From the NCBI RefSeq assembly GCF_009914755.1, contig NC_060929.1: DNA of 64,000 nt. One strand, written 5' to 3'. The stretch comes from the human T2T-CHM13v2.0 reference genome, Homo sapiens. The position numbers and the translations under genes were made by a program. Every line of letters begins with the position of its first letter. Within the stretch, counting starts at the first letter, position 1. Of the stretch, positions 11,353-24,849 are shown in pieces. The notes under the pieces are model-generated. The model made no database searches. It worked only from the letters and a program-made list of their open reading frames with translations, and was not told the DNA's origin.

Positions 11353-14300
11353 TTTTTTTCCTTCCAACTTTTATTTAAGGTTAAGGGGATGCATGTGCAT
11401 GTTTGCAACATAGGTAAATTGTGTGTTACGGGGGTTGGTGTACAAATTATTTTGTCACTCAGGTAGTGAGAATAAATGCAGTTTTTCAATTCTCACCCTC
11501 CTCCCATACTCCCCCTTCAAGTAGGCTCTGGTGTCTATCCTTCTTTGTGTCCATGTATACTCAGCGTTTAGCTGCCACTTATAAGGGAGAACATGCAGTA
11601 TTTGGTTTTCTGTTCCTGCATTAATTTCTTAGGATAATGGCCTCCAGCTGCATCCATATTGCTGCAAAGGACGTAATTTCATTCTTTTTTATGACTGCAT
11701 AGTATTCCATGATGTATATGTATCATGTTTTCTTTATCCAGTCCACCATTGATGGGCATCTAGGTTGAGTACATGTCTTTGCTGTTGTGAATAGTACTAC
11801 AGTAAACATAAGTGTACATTGCTGGTTTGAATGGTACTGCAGTAAACATAAGCGTACATTGCTGGGTTGAATGGTAGTTCTGTTTTAAGTTCTTTGAGAA
11901 ATCTCTAACCTGCTTTCCACGGTGGCTGAACTAATTTACATTCCCACTAACAGTGTGTAAGCTTTCTCTTTCCTCTGCAACCTCACCATGTTAGTTTTTG
12001 ACTTTTTAATAATAGCCATTCTGACTGGTGTGAGATGGTATCTCATTGTGGTTTAGATTTGGATTTCTCTAATGATTGGTGATGTTGAACATTTTTTCAT
12101 ATACTTGTTGGTCACATGTATGTCTTCTTTTCAGAAGTGTCTGTTCATGTCCTTTGCCTACTTTTTAGTGGGGTTGTTTTCCACTTGTTGACTTGTGTAA
12201 GTTCCACATAGATTTTGAATATTAGATCTTTGTTGGATACATGCTTTGCAAATATTTTCTCTCATTGTGTAGATTGTCTGTTTACTCTGCTGATAGTTTC
12301 TTTTGCTGTGCAAAAGGTCTTTAATTAGGTCCCACTTGTCAATTTTTGTTTTTGTTGTGATTGCTTTTTGGAGTCTTCATTATGAAATCTATGTCTAGGA
12401 TGGTATTTCTTATGTTTTCTTCTAGGTTTCTTATAGTTTTAGGTTTTACACTTAAGTCTTTCATCTATCTTGAGTTGATTTTTGTATATGGTGAAAGAAG
12501 AGGGTCTAGTTTCAATCTTCTGCATATGGCTAGCCACTTGTCCCAGCACCCTTTATTGAATAGGAAATCCTTTCCCTATTGCTTGTTATGGTTGACTTTG
12601 TCAAAGGTCAGATTGTTATAGGTGTTCGTTTTTATTTCTGGGTTCTCTAACCTTTTCCATTGGTCTATGTGTCTGTTTTTGTCCTAGTGCTGTACTGTTT
12701 TGGTTACTGTAGTCTTGTAGTATAGTTTGAAGTCAGGGAATGTGACTCTGGCTTTGTTCTTTTTTGCTTAGAATTGCTTTGGCTATTCAGGCTCTTTTTT
12801 GGTTCCATATAAATTTTAGAATAGTTTTTTCTAATTCTTTGGAAAATGTTGTTTGTAGTTTGACAGGAATCCACTGAATCTGTAAATTGCTTTGGGTAGT
12901 ATGTTCATTTTAACAATATGATTCTATCTATGAGCATGAAATGTTTTTTCATGTGTGTTGTCTCTGATTTCTTACAGCAGTGTTTTATAATTCTCATTAA
13001 AGAGAACTTTCACTTCCCTGGCTAGCTGTATTACTAGGTATTTTGGTTTTTTGTGTGGCTATGGTGAATGTAATTGCATTCTTGATTTGGTTCTCAGTCT
13101 GGATGTTATTGGTATATAGAAATGCCACTAATTTTTGTTCATTAATTTTGTATCCTGAAACTTTGCTGAAGTTGTTTATCAGATCTAGGAACCTTTGGGC
13201 AGACCATGGGGTTTTCTAGCTATAGAATCATATCATCTACAAAGAGAGACAGTTAAACATCCTCTTTCCCTATTTGGATGCCTTTTATTTCTTTCTCTTG
13301 CCTGGTTACTCTGGCTAGGGATTTCAGGACTATATTGAATAGGAGTGGTTTGAGTGGGCATCATTTTCTTGTTCTGGTTCTCAAGAAGAACGTGTCCAGC
13401 TTTTGCTCATTCAGTATGATGTTGGCTGTAGGTTTGTCACAGATGGCTCTTATTATTTTGAGGTATCTTTCTTTGGTTGGCTTAACTTATTGAGTTTTTA
13501 TTATGAAGGATGTTGAATTTTGTTAAAAGCTTTTTGTGCATCTATTGAGATGATCATATGTTTTTTGATTTTAGTGTTTATGTGTTTACATGATAAATCA
13601 CATTGATTTGCATATGTTGTTTATGTTGCATACATTGAATCAACCTTGCATTCCAGGAATAAATCCTACCTGATCATGGTGTATAAGTTTTTTGATGTGT
13701 AGCTGGATTCAGTTTGCTAGCATTTTATTGAGGATTTTTGCATCTATGTTCATCATGGATATTGGTGTGAAGTTTTTTCTTTTTGTTGTGTTTCTGTCAG
13801 GTTTCGGTATCAGAATGATGCTGGCCTTATCATAGAATGAGGTAGGGAGGAGGTACTCCTTTTTAATTGTTTGGAATAGTTTCAGTAGAAATGATACCAA
13901 TTCTTTATACATTTGATAGAATTCAGCTGTGAATCTGTCTGGTCTAGGGCTTTTTCTGGTTGGTAAGTTTTTTATTACTATTTTGGAACCTGTTATTGGT
14001 CTGTTCAGGGTTTCAATTTCTTCCTGGTTCAATCTTGAAAGGTTGTATATTTCCAGAAATTAACTTATCCATTTTTTTCTAGGTTTTCAAGTTTGTGTGG
14101 GTAGTACACATAATAGTCTCTGAGGGTTTTTTTGTTTGTTTGTTTGTTTGTTTGTTTGTTTTTGCATTTCTGTGGGATTGGTCATAATTTCACCTTTGCC
14201 ATTTTCGATTGTGTTTATTTGAATCTTCTTTCTTTTTTTTTCTTTGTTAGTCTAGCCAGCAGTCTATCAATCTTATTTATTCTTTCAAAGAACCACATTT

Positions 14301-17300
14301 TTATTTTATTGATCTTTTGTATGGTTTTTTATACTCCACGTTGTTCAGTTCATCTCTGACTTTGGTTATTTCTTTTCTTCTGCTAGCTTTGGGGTTGGTT
14401 TGCTCTTGGTCTTCTGGTTCCTGTAGGTGTGATGTTAGGGTGTTAATTCAAAACCTTTCTAACTTTTTGACGTGGGTGTTCAGTGGTATAAAGTTTCCTC
14501 TTACCACTGCTTTATCTGTGTCCCACAGATTCTGGAAGTTCTATCTTTGTTTTCATTAATTTCAAAGAATTTTTTTATTTCTGGCTTAATTTCATCATTT
14601 GCTCAAAAGTCATTCAGGAGTCAGTTATTTAATTTCCATGTAACTGTATGGTTGTGAGAAATTTTCTTGGTATTGATTTCTGTTTTTATTATGTTGTGAT
14701 CCAAGAGTGTGGTTGGTATGATTTAAGTTTTCTTGAATTTGTTGAGAATTGTTTATGGCAAGTATGTGGCTGATTTTAGAGTATGTGCCATGGGGAGATA
14801 AGAATGTATATTCTGTTGTTGGGTGGAGTGTTCTATAGATGTCTGTTAGGTCTATTTGGTCAAGTGTTGAGTTTAGGTCCCAAATTCTAGTTTTCTGCCT
14901 AGATGATCTGTCTAATAGTGTCAGTGAAGTGTTGAAACCTCCCACTATTATTGCGTGGTTATTTAAGTCTCTTCTTAGTTCTCTAAGAACCTGTTTTATG
15001 AATCTGGGTGTCCAGTACTGAGTGCATATATATGTAGGATAGTTAAGTCTTCTTGTTGAATTGAACTTTTTATCATGTAATTCCCTTCTTTGTTCTTTTT
15101 GATAGTTGTTGGCTTAAAGTCTGTTTTTTTTTCCCTGAAATAAGAGTAGCAACCCCTGCTCTTCTTTGTTTTCCATTTATTTGATAGATCTTTCTTCATC
15201 CCTTTACTTTGAGCTCATGGGTATCATTGCATGTGAGATGGGCCTCTTGAAGACAGCATACAATTGGGTCTTGCTTCTTTATCCGACTTACCTTCTAAGT
15301 GGGGTGATTAGCCCAAGTATGTTCAAGGTTAATATTGATATGTGCAGATTTGATTTTGCCATTGTATTATTAGCTGGTTGTTATGTAGACCTGATTGTGT
15401 AGTTGCTTTATAGTGTCCATGGTCTTTGTACTTAAGTTTGTTTTTTTGGTGGCCAGTAACAATCTTTCATTTCCATGTTGAGCACTCCCTTAAGGACCTC
15501 TTGTAAGGCAGGTTTCATGGTAATTAATTCCATTTAGCAATTGCTTGTCTGAAAATGATTTTATTTCCCCTTTGCTTATGAAGCTTAGTGTGGCTGGATA
15601 TAAAATTCTTCGTTGGAATTTCTTTTCTTTAAGGGATGCTGAATATAGGCCCCCAATCTCTTCTGACTTTTAGGTTTCTACTGAAAGGTCCACTGTTAGC
15701 CTGACGGGGTTCTCTTCGTGGGTATTTTTTCTTTCATGTTGACTTTGGAGAATCTGATGACTATGTGTCTGGGGGATGGTTATCTTGTGTAGTATCTTGC
15801 AGGGGTTCTCTGAATTTCCTGAATTTGAATGTTGACCTCTCTTAGTGAGGTTTGGGAAATTTTTGTGGACAATATTCTCAAATTTGCTTGCCCCCCCCCC
15901 TCTTTTAGAGACACCAATGAATCATAGATTTGCTCTCTTTACATAATTCCGTACTTCTTGGAGGTTTTGTTCATTTTTTAAAATTCTTTTTTCTTTATTT
16001 TTGTCTGAATGAATTGATTTGAAAGACCTATCTCAGAGTCTTTGAGTTCTGAAATTCTTTCCTCAGCTTGGTCTAGTCTGCTGTTAATACTTCTGATTGT
16101 ATTATGAAATTCTTGCAGTTCATTTTTCAGCTCTATCATACCCCTTTGGTCCTTTTCTTAAGATGAATATTTCATCTTTCAGCTCTTGAATTATTTTACT
16201 GGATTTCTTATATTCTTTCAATTGGGTTTCAACATTATCCTGGATCTCAGTGATCTTTATTGACATCCAGATTCTGAATTCTATTTCTGTCATTTCACAG
16301 TCTGATTAAAAACCATTACTTGGGAGCTGGTGTAATCATTTGGAGGTAAGAAGACACTCTGACTTTTAGAGTTGCCAAAGTTCCTGCACTGGTTCTTTCT
16401 CATCTATGTGGGCTGATGTTCCTTTAATCTTTGAAATTGCTATTCTTTGGGTAGTGCTTTTTGCCTTTATGCTCTTTGATGTTCTGGAGGATTTGTCTGT
16501 AGTATAAGTTGGGTTTAGATGACTGGCTTTGTTTCTGGATGGTTTTAGAGGGCCAAATCTCAGCTCAGTACTCCTGAGCTGTGTGTTGTAACCCTAAAGG
16601 GCTTGGATCATGCCCATGGGTTTGTTTGGCTGCTCGAGGGTAAGTACCTGCTGCACTGAAGGGGCCAAGGTGTTCCCAGTCTGGTGGCAACAGCACTTCA
16701 ATGTGGGGGGCTGGGGTAGGGGGGCTTGTGCTGCCAGGGAAAGCACTTCATTAGGATGATGGCAGCAGGGTCCATGCTTGTGTGTGTGCACCTGTGATGT
16801 TGGTGTGGTAGGATCTGTGTGCATATGCACTAGTGGAGGTGAGGTGATGACAATGAGGTCTGCAAACATGCACATGCTGGCAAAAGCAATGTGGAGAGAC
16901 TACACACGAATGCGCATTGTGGGGGACCCATCTGCAAAAACTCTCTGATGGTTAAGTGGACTATGCCAGTGAAAGAGCTATGGTGGTTGCCACTAGGAAG
17001 TGCCCTGGTTGGGCATCTGAGGCTGCAAGTGGGTGCAGCCAGGCAGGAACCCTGGGGGTGGTGGTGGGGGTTGTTTGCTCAGATCATATTGGTCCCATCC
17101 CATGGCAAGATATCCCTGTCCTGTCCACTTCTGACAGTCAACAAAGGCCAAAGCCACCTACAGGAGTGTGGCAAGCCTTGGGGGATGAGCATTCCTTGCT
17201 GGGTTCCACTCTGCCATTCCCATGTCATACCCTCTGGGCTCCTTCAAGGTTGGAGTCCTGATCCTGCCAACTCTCTAAGCAACACTTCCTGCCAGCTCAA

Positions 17301-17620
17301 ATGTCCATGGGGATCATGAGGTCTCCTGCAGTTAGGATTCTGGAGGTTTGTGGTGAAAGTGGGCCACTCATGCCTGTTTAACTCATCCTTTCCCCAGGAG
17401 CTGCACAGGGCCAGGAATGAGTCCTGGTGCTTGGCAATCTTATGCAGGGTTCCCAGCTTCCTCCTCCTTCAGCCCAGAGTATTTGTCCTCCTTTTGTCCA
17501 TTCTCAATGCCTTCCTTCTGAAGATCTGCTCATTGTGTGCCATTCTTCTTGATGGTGTGGTCTTTCAGTGGGAGAAGCTCTTCCTGGCTGCACCTAGTCA
17601 GCCATCTTGGGTCCTCTCTT
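11353..17620 (-). mobile_element. Full-length, inactivated primate L1 (L1PA15/16-like)
   Basis: T-tail and L1PA 3' UTR at 11353. ORF2 remnants include [14 protein letters not shown]...[10 protein letters not shown] (13709-14032) and GGFNTSLTLLDRSSRQK (14625-14945). The 5' end carries the YY1-site 'caagatggc' (reverse of gccatcttg near 17601). TSD catcccaca/catcccaaa at 11344 and 17621. Confidence 0.92.
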
Positions 17621-18711
17621 CATCCCAAAGTTTTGATAAGTTGTATTTTCATTTAATTTTGTATATTTAAAAATTTCTCTTGATATTTTGACTCATGGGT
17701 TGTTTCGAAGAGTGTTTAATATCTAAATATTTTGGGATTTTCCAACTATCTTTCTGTTATTAATTTCTAGTTTAATTCCACTGTGGTCTGAGAACATATT
17801 TTGCATGATTTTTATTCTTTTAAATGTGTTGATATGTATTTTATGGCCCATAATGTAGCCTATTTTGGTGAATGTTCCATGTGAGCTTGAGAAGAGTGTG
17901 TATTCTGCTGTTCTTGGATGAAGTATTCTATAAATGTCAATTAGATCCAGTTGATTGATGGTGCTGTTCAGTTTGACTGTACCCTTACAGATTTTCTCCC
18001 TGCTGGATCTGTCAATTACTGAGAGGAGTTTTGAAGTTTCCAACTATAATAGTGGACTCATCTGTTTTTCCTTGCAGTTCTATTACTTTTTGCTGCACAT
18101 TTTTTTTGATGTTTTGTTGTTAGGCACATACATGTTAAGAAATTACTTTCTTTTTAGAGAATTGACCCTTTTACCATTATGTAATGTCCCTCTTTATCTC
18201 TGATAATTTCCTTTTCTCTGAAGTCTGTTTTATCTGAAATTAATATAGCACCTCCTGCTTTATTTTGATCAGTGTTTGCATGGTATGTCTTTCTCCATTC
18301 CTTTACTTTTCATCTTTCTATGTCTTTATGTTTAAAGTAAGTTTCTTGTAGACAACATATAATTGAGTCTTGTTTTTTTTAAAATCCATTTTGACAGTCT
18401 CTGTCTTTTAATTGGTATATTTAGACCATTAACATTAAAAATACTTACTGATATAGTTGTATTGATATTGGTCCCATTTATAACTATTTTGTAGTCATTA
18501 CCCTTGGTATTTATTTCTTTTTGGTCTTCCACTTTTTCTTCTGTCTTCACTGGCTTTAATTGAACATTTTAAATTTCATTTTCTCTCCTATCTTAGTATA
18601 TCCTTTATACTTGTTTTAAAAATTCTTTCATTGTTTTCCCTAGAGTTTGCAATATGCATAGATCATTAATTTAATTTCACTTTTATATGGACACTAAACC
18701 AAGGGCACATA

Positions 18712-18714
<3 letters not shown>

Positions 18715-18747
<33 letters not shown>
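18715..18747. repeat. (TG)16 microsatellite
   Basis: Directly visible. Confidence 0.95.
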
Positions 18748-18749
<2 letters not shown>

Positions 18750-19164
18750 CTTTCAAGATTTTCTCTTTATGTTGACTTTCTACAATTTGAGTATAATATC
18801 TTTATGATGTGTGTCATTATTTTTGGAAAATTCTCCTCCATTATTACTTCACTATTACTTATTATTGCTTTTTTATTACCTATTATTTCTTCTGGTCTTT
18901 TCTTGTTATTTTCCTTCTGGTATTCTCATTGCAGATATGTAATCTTTTGTAACTGTTACACAGCTCTTGGATATTTTGCTTCTTTTTAAATTTTTTTCTC
19001 TTAGTTTTTCAGTTTGAGAAGTTTCTATTGGCGTATCTTCAAGTTTACTGATTGTTTCCTCAACTATATCCAGTCTACACATAAGCCCATCAAAGGCATT
19101 ATTCATTTCTGTTACAGTGGTTTCGATTATTGTCTTAAAAAAATTCCCTTTTAAAGTTTCCATC

Positions 19165-19454
19165 TTTTTTTTTTTTTGAGATGAAATCTCACTCTCCCAG
19201 GCTGGAGAGCAGTGGTGCAATCTCAGCTCACTGCAACCTCCATCTCCCGGGTTCAAGTGGTTCTCTTGCCTCAGCCTCCGAGCAGCTGGGATTACAGGCG
19301 TGGGCCACCATGCCCAGCTAATTTTTGTATTTTTAGTAGAGGTAGGGTTTCACCATGTTGGCCAGGCTGGTCTCAAACTCCTGACCGCAAGTGATCCACC
19401 CATCTCAGCCTCCCAAGTTGCTGGGATTACAAGCATGAGCCACTGCACCTGGCT
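19165..19454 (-). mobile_element. AluS with TSD aagtttccatcttt
   Basis: Full Alu dimer in reverse orientation. Direct repeat at 19154 and 19455. Confidence 0.95.
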
Positions 19455-20549
19455 AAGTTTCCATCTTTTTGCTTTCATTACCCATCTCTTCTTGCATGTC
19501 ATCTACTTTTTCTGTGAGAGTCCTTAGCTTACCAATCAGTTATTGTAAGTTCCCAGTCTGATATTTCCCAAGTCTCTGCTGTATCTGAGTCTGGTTCTGA
19601 TACTGGGTTTGTTTCTTCAAGCTGTATTTTTTGCATTTTAGCATGCCTTTTAAATTTTTTTTGAAAATTAGACATAGTATATTAGGTAAAAGGAACTGAG
19701 ATAAACAACACTTTAGTGTGAGATTTTATGTTGATCTGGCTAAAAGTTAGACTGGGCTTACCGCTTGCAATGGCTAAAATTTCCTGTAGTGTCCTTGTTT
19801 TTGTCTCCCTGCATATCTGTGAGTTTGCTGAGATACTCCTCCTGAAACAGAGTCTGAGCTTTGCAGTTCTTTCAGCTATACTCTCTCATTATTATACATG
19901 AACCCTGCTGATGTGATGATAAGGTTTGGGATGTGGGGAAGCATTCTATATACCTATGATTAGGTTTTAGTCTTTTAGTGGACCTATGCCCTTCTTCTGT
20001 AACATTCAAAAATGCATCTTGGCTTTTTTTTCTGGTTAGGTGAGTCAGGAAGGCTAGCAGAGGCTACAAGGTGTTTCTCACCTCTGAAGTTAGTTGGGCT
20101 TCCGTAAAATAGTTTCCATTGAGGATAGATCTTCACTACTCAGAATACAATGCTCTGGGTGTATTTCGAAATGGTTACTTTTCCCCTCCCTAAACTGACA
20201 GATCAGGGGTATATCCCCTACCCCATCTTCACCCTGGTAACCTGTTGGGGCTTTTGGAGGTAAAACTCATGAAAGTGTGGGGTCCCCCTAAGGCTGAGCA
20301 CCAGAGATTTTTAATATCTCAAGCTAGTCCAAGCTCAGGCTCCAGCAATTAGTCAATTACTTTTTGAATGCTCCTACTGGGTTCCAGCTATAGCTGCTAT
20401 CCTAAGTCTGATTCTCTGTATTCTCCTATCTCTCCTGTTTTGGGTGACAGTCTGACAATTTTCCCTGTGACCTCAGATCTCTGATGTATCTCAGAAAAAT
20501 TGTTTATTTGCAGTTTGTTCAGCTTTTTTCCTGTTCTGGAGACCAGATG

Positions 20550-21010
20550 TCTCCTCCTTGTTTATTTATTTATTTAATCTTATTTTTTATAGCTGAATAG
20601 TGTTCTATTATATGAGTGTACCATAATCTATTTAATCAGTCTCTTATTATACACAATTAGAATGATTCCATTTTTTGCTATAATAATCCCCAGTACATTC
20701 CATTTTTTGCTATTATAAGTAATCCCCAAATGTAGGGCTGTATTTGTGAGCCAGTGTACTGGTAGGATAAATTCCAAGAACTGCAATCACTTGGACAAAA
20801 AGTAGTTATAATTTTTATGGACATTGCAAAACTACCCTTCACATGGAATTGTACTAGTTGGCCCTCTTACTAACAATATATGAGAGGGTATGTTTTCTCA
20901 AAGGCTCAGCAAAAGTGTATATTAACAAACGTTTGGATTTTTGTGGTTGTGTTATGGTAATGGATACTATCTCATTTTACTTTTAATTTGTGGTTATCTC
21001 ATGATGTTAG
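20550..21010 (-). mobile_element. L1ME-type fragment
   Basis: 'tttatagctgaatagtgttctatta...gtaggataaattccaagaact' reverse L1 3' motifs. Continues at 22550. Confidence 0.6.
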
Positions 21011-21014
21011 GCTT

Positions 21015-22550
21015 GTATTCCATTTTATGTTGCTGCATCAAAATTACCACAAACTTAGAGATTTAAAACAACAGACACTTATTATCTCTCAGTTTCTATG
21101 GCTCCAGATTCCAGGCATAGCTTAACTGGGTTCTCTGTAAGGCTTCAATCAATGTGTCAGTGAGGACTGAATTGTTATCTAGAGACTCACCTGGGGAAGA
21201 GTCCATTTCCAACGTCACTCAGGTTGTTGGCAGAAATATATTTTTTGCAGTTGTAGGACTGAGGCTCTGGCTTCCTTTTGGCTCTTTGCTATCAGCTGGT
21301 GGCCACTTTTGAGGCTGCCCTCAGTTCCATACTATATGGGTGTTCCAACAGGCTGTCTTATTTATTCTGCAATGTAAAAAGTATCTGCAGAAACCTATAT
21401 AATGAGAGAAAATATTTGGAAACTACACATCTGACAGAGGTCTAATATCCAGAATCTATAGGAAACTTAAATCAAGCAAAAAACAAACAACTCCATTAAA
21501 AAGTGGGCAAAGGACATGGTCAGACACCTTTCAAAAGAAGACATACATGCAGCCAACAAACATATTTAAAAAATGCTCAACATCACTAATCATTAGAGAA
21601 ACACAAACCAAAACTACAGTGAGACACCATCTCACACTAGTGCTATTATTAAAATATCAAAAAGATAACAGATGCTGGTGCAGTTGTGGAGAAAAGGGAA
21701 TGCTTATACACTGCTGGTGGGAATGTAAATTAGTTCAGCCCTTGTGGAAAGCAGTTTGACAATTTCTCAAAGAATTCAGAGCAGAATTACCATTCAAAGC
21801 AGCAATCCCTTTATTGGGTATATACCCAAAAGAATGTAAAGTGTTTTACCACAAAGACACAGGTATTCTCATGTTCATTGCAGCACTATTCACAATACCA
21901 AAGACATGTAATCAACCTAAATGCTCATCAGTGGTAGACTGAACAAAGAAAATGTGGCACATACACACCATGGAATACTACACAGCCATTAAAAAAACAA
22001 GATCATGTCCTTTGTAGCAACATGGATGCAGCTGAAGGCCATTATCTTAAGTGAACTAACACAGGAATTATCTTAAGTGAACTAACACAGGAATAGAAAG
22101 CCAAATACGACATGTTCTCACTTGTGAGAGCCTAAACATTAAGTACATGTGGACACAAAGAAGGGAATAGAGGACGCTGGGGCCTACTTGAGGATGAAGG
22201 GGTGAGGTCTACTTGAGGATGGAGGTTGAGGGTCCTATACTTATTACTTGGGTGGCAAAATAATGTGTACATCAAACTCCTGTGACATGCAATTTACTAA
22301 ATAACAAACCTGCACATGTACCCCTGAACCTAAAATAAAAGTTAAAAAAAAAAAGAGAGAGAAAGTATCTGCAGAGTCTACAAATTAGATGGAGTCTCAT
22401 ATAATATAATGGTGGATGGAAGTGACATGCCATCATCTGTGCCATATTCTGTTAGTTAAAGCAAGTCACAGGTTCCACCCACACTCAAGGGGTGGGAACT
22501 TCACAGGAGTATAAACATCAGGAGGGGATCTGCCATTGTCTGTTGGCTGC
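21015..22550 (-). mobile_element. MaLR LTR (MLT1F/G-like), split by an L1PA insertion
   Basis: 'ttgctgcatcaaaattaccacaaacttagagatttaaaacaac' on the left and 'gcaagtcacaggttccacccacactcaaggg' on the right. Confidence 0.75.
21392..22361 (+). mobile_element. 5'-truncated primate L1PA (~970 bp) with 14-bp TSD aaagtatctgcaga
   Basis: ORF2 C-terminus (CWWECKLVQPLWKAV), 3' UTR, aataaa and A-tail. TSD at 21378-21391 and 22362-22375. Confidence 0.93.
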
Positions 22551-24830
22551 AGGTTGAACATCTTTTTTGAAAAATCTTTTTATGTTCTTGAGAGCCATGT
22601 TTATTTCCTTTTATGTAAACTCTGTTCATATCACTTTTCCATTTCTATATTGAGCTATCAGCCTTTATCATATCCATTTCTGGGAGCTCTTTATATATTA
22701 AGGCAATAAGCCTGTGACTGTGGTTTGAATTTCAATATTTATTCCCAATTTGATATTTGTAAAAGTTTGGTTTTTTCCCACACAGAAGGAATTTTTTAAA
22801 AGTGTATCTAGGAAATTTTACGTTTATGACTTCTGGATTTGAGTAGTAGTTAGAAAGCCCTTCTTTCATCTAGGTTTATAAATGAATTTTCCATGTTTTT
22901 TCTAGTACTTAAATGAATTACTGTTTTTTTAAAAAATGAATTTTAAGTCCATTTGGAACTTCCCTTGCTGTATGGTGTAAACTTTGGTTCCAGCTTTATT
23001 TTTTTCAAGATTTTATGCTCAGAGTTATTTAAACTCCATTTATAGAATAATCTAGATTTCTCCAACTTATTTGAATTGCTTTCTTTATTATGCACTAATT
23101 CTCATATGTATTTGGGCACCCTCTATGGAGTTTTTATACTAATGTATTGGTCTTTCTGTTTATTCTACTGGCTGTACTACTCTTTTTTTAAATATAAAGT
23201 GTTTATATTTTAATGTAATAAGGGTACACTGCTCTCATTTTTCTTTAAAGAGATCCTCCCACCCACACAAAGTTCTCCTAGCTATTATTTCTCTTTATTT
23301 TTTTTCATAGGATGATTAGAGTGAGAATATCTGTTTGTAACTATCCCCACAAAAAAACTTGTATTTTTATTGGGATCATATTACATTTATACATGAATTT
23401 AAGAAGAATAGTAATCTTTTTGTTGTTGAGTATTTCTATTCACTAGTATTATAAATACAGTTTTAATTTATTCTAGCATTATTTTGTACCTTTAGTTCTG
23501 TTTTAAAGTTTTCTTGTTTGGTGTCCAATATTTGTAATTAATTTCATTCGAGTATTTTATCTGTGTTGTGCTTATGTGAATAAATTCTTTTTTTCATCAT
23601 GTCTTTTAATTGGTCATTGTATTTGTTCATATGTTTATACATATAGGCTATTGCTTTCTGTTACTGAGTCCTGTTACTTTACTCAACTATTTTATTTTTA
23701 TTTTTTTGTAGCCATTTTAGTTAATTCTCTTAGGTTTTCCAGGTATGTAAATGTAATCTGCAAAAAGTGATAGGTTTACCTTAGTTCTAATTTTCATACA
23801 TTTATTTTCTTTCTCTTTTCTAATTATGTTGCCCAGCATTTCTAATAATATGTTAAAGATAGTGTGATGATAGTGCATGTTTGTCTTGATTTTTACTTTA
23901 AATCCATGGTGTTGGGGGGCATTTGGGAATGCATGAGGTATATTTTGTTTCCATAATAACTGGGGAAATTTCCTCCTGGAATTTAGTGGATGAGTGACCC
24001 ATGAGTCTAATGCCAATAGAACACTTGTTGAGCAAAATGAGTCTAGTATTTTTCCAATGACCATTGGCTCAAGATAAAATATAGTTTATTCCTATTTTAT
24101 TAAATGTTTTTGTGAAGAATGATTGAATTCTGTCAAATGCCTTTTTAGCACTTATGGGGATAATTATAATATTTTAATGCTAATATCTCTACTAGTGTGA
24201 TAGGTCATATTATGATATGATTAATAGATATCATAATATTGAAAATCTCTTGTATTCTTAGAATAAACCCCACTTGGTCAGCTGCATTTTTTTAAATATG
24301 ATGTTAGATTATGTATGTTAATGTTTATTTAAAATGCTGGCATCAATACTCATGAGTGAGACTGGCCTATCATTTTCTTGTTTGTGTGGGTGTATGTGCT
24401 TGTGTGTCTGTGTCTGTAGGTGCACATGCTCAATTTTTGTTAGGCTTTAGTTTCATTTTAGGTAGAATTGAAATTATTTGCTTTTTAAGATTTGAAAGAA
24501 TTCCCCCATGAAATCATCTGGACATGTGGTTTGGGAAATCATCTGGACATGTGGTTTGGGGTGGGATGGAGGTAGTGGTTATAGCCAAACAACTTCCTCT
24601 ATGTCTTATTTGGAAATCATACTGCTTACGTTTTTCTATACTTTCCGAGGTCTGTTTTGATAAAATATGTTGTTAAGGAATATTATCCACTTCATCAGTG
24701 CTTTCAAATTTATTGACATTGATTTATGCAAAATTATTTCTTACTTTGAAGTTATTTCCCTTTTATAATTTTTATTTTTAATATTTGTGTCCTCTTTTTC
24801 TTCATTAGGTTAGGGAGTTTATCTTTTATT
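22550..24830 (-). mobile_element. Degenerate L1ME-type ORF2 fragments (with a possible MER20-like insert near 23900-24050)
   Basis: ORF 23717-24064 ends in the L1 RT motif 'IFNILLEMLGNIIRKEKE...LSLFADY'. Confidence 0.7.
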
Positions 24831-24849
24831 TTTAAAATAACAATCTTTT

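Larger units (their letters stand above)
17621..20540 (-). mobile_element. Continuation of the older L1 (ORF2 endonuclease region, ORF1 and 5' region)
   Basis: ORF 17723-18043 (IDRSSREKI...LDLIDIYRILHP...SHGTFTKI...SDHSGIKLEIN) is L1 endonuclease. ORF 18906-19256 includes the ORF1 coiled-coil-like 'TVTEMNNAFDGLMCRLD'. Confidence 0.8.

Noticed and set aside
13709-18043. ORFs with clear protein similarity (reverse transcriptase/endonuclease)
   Set aside because: These are fragments of broken L1 ORF2, not host genes.
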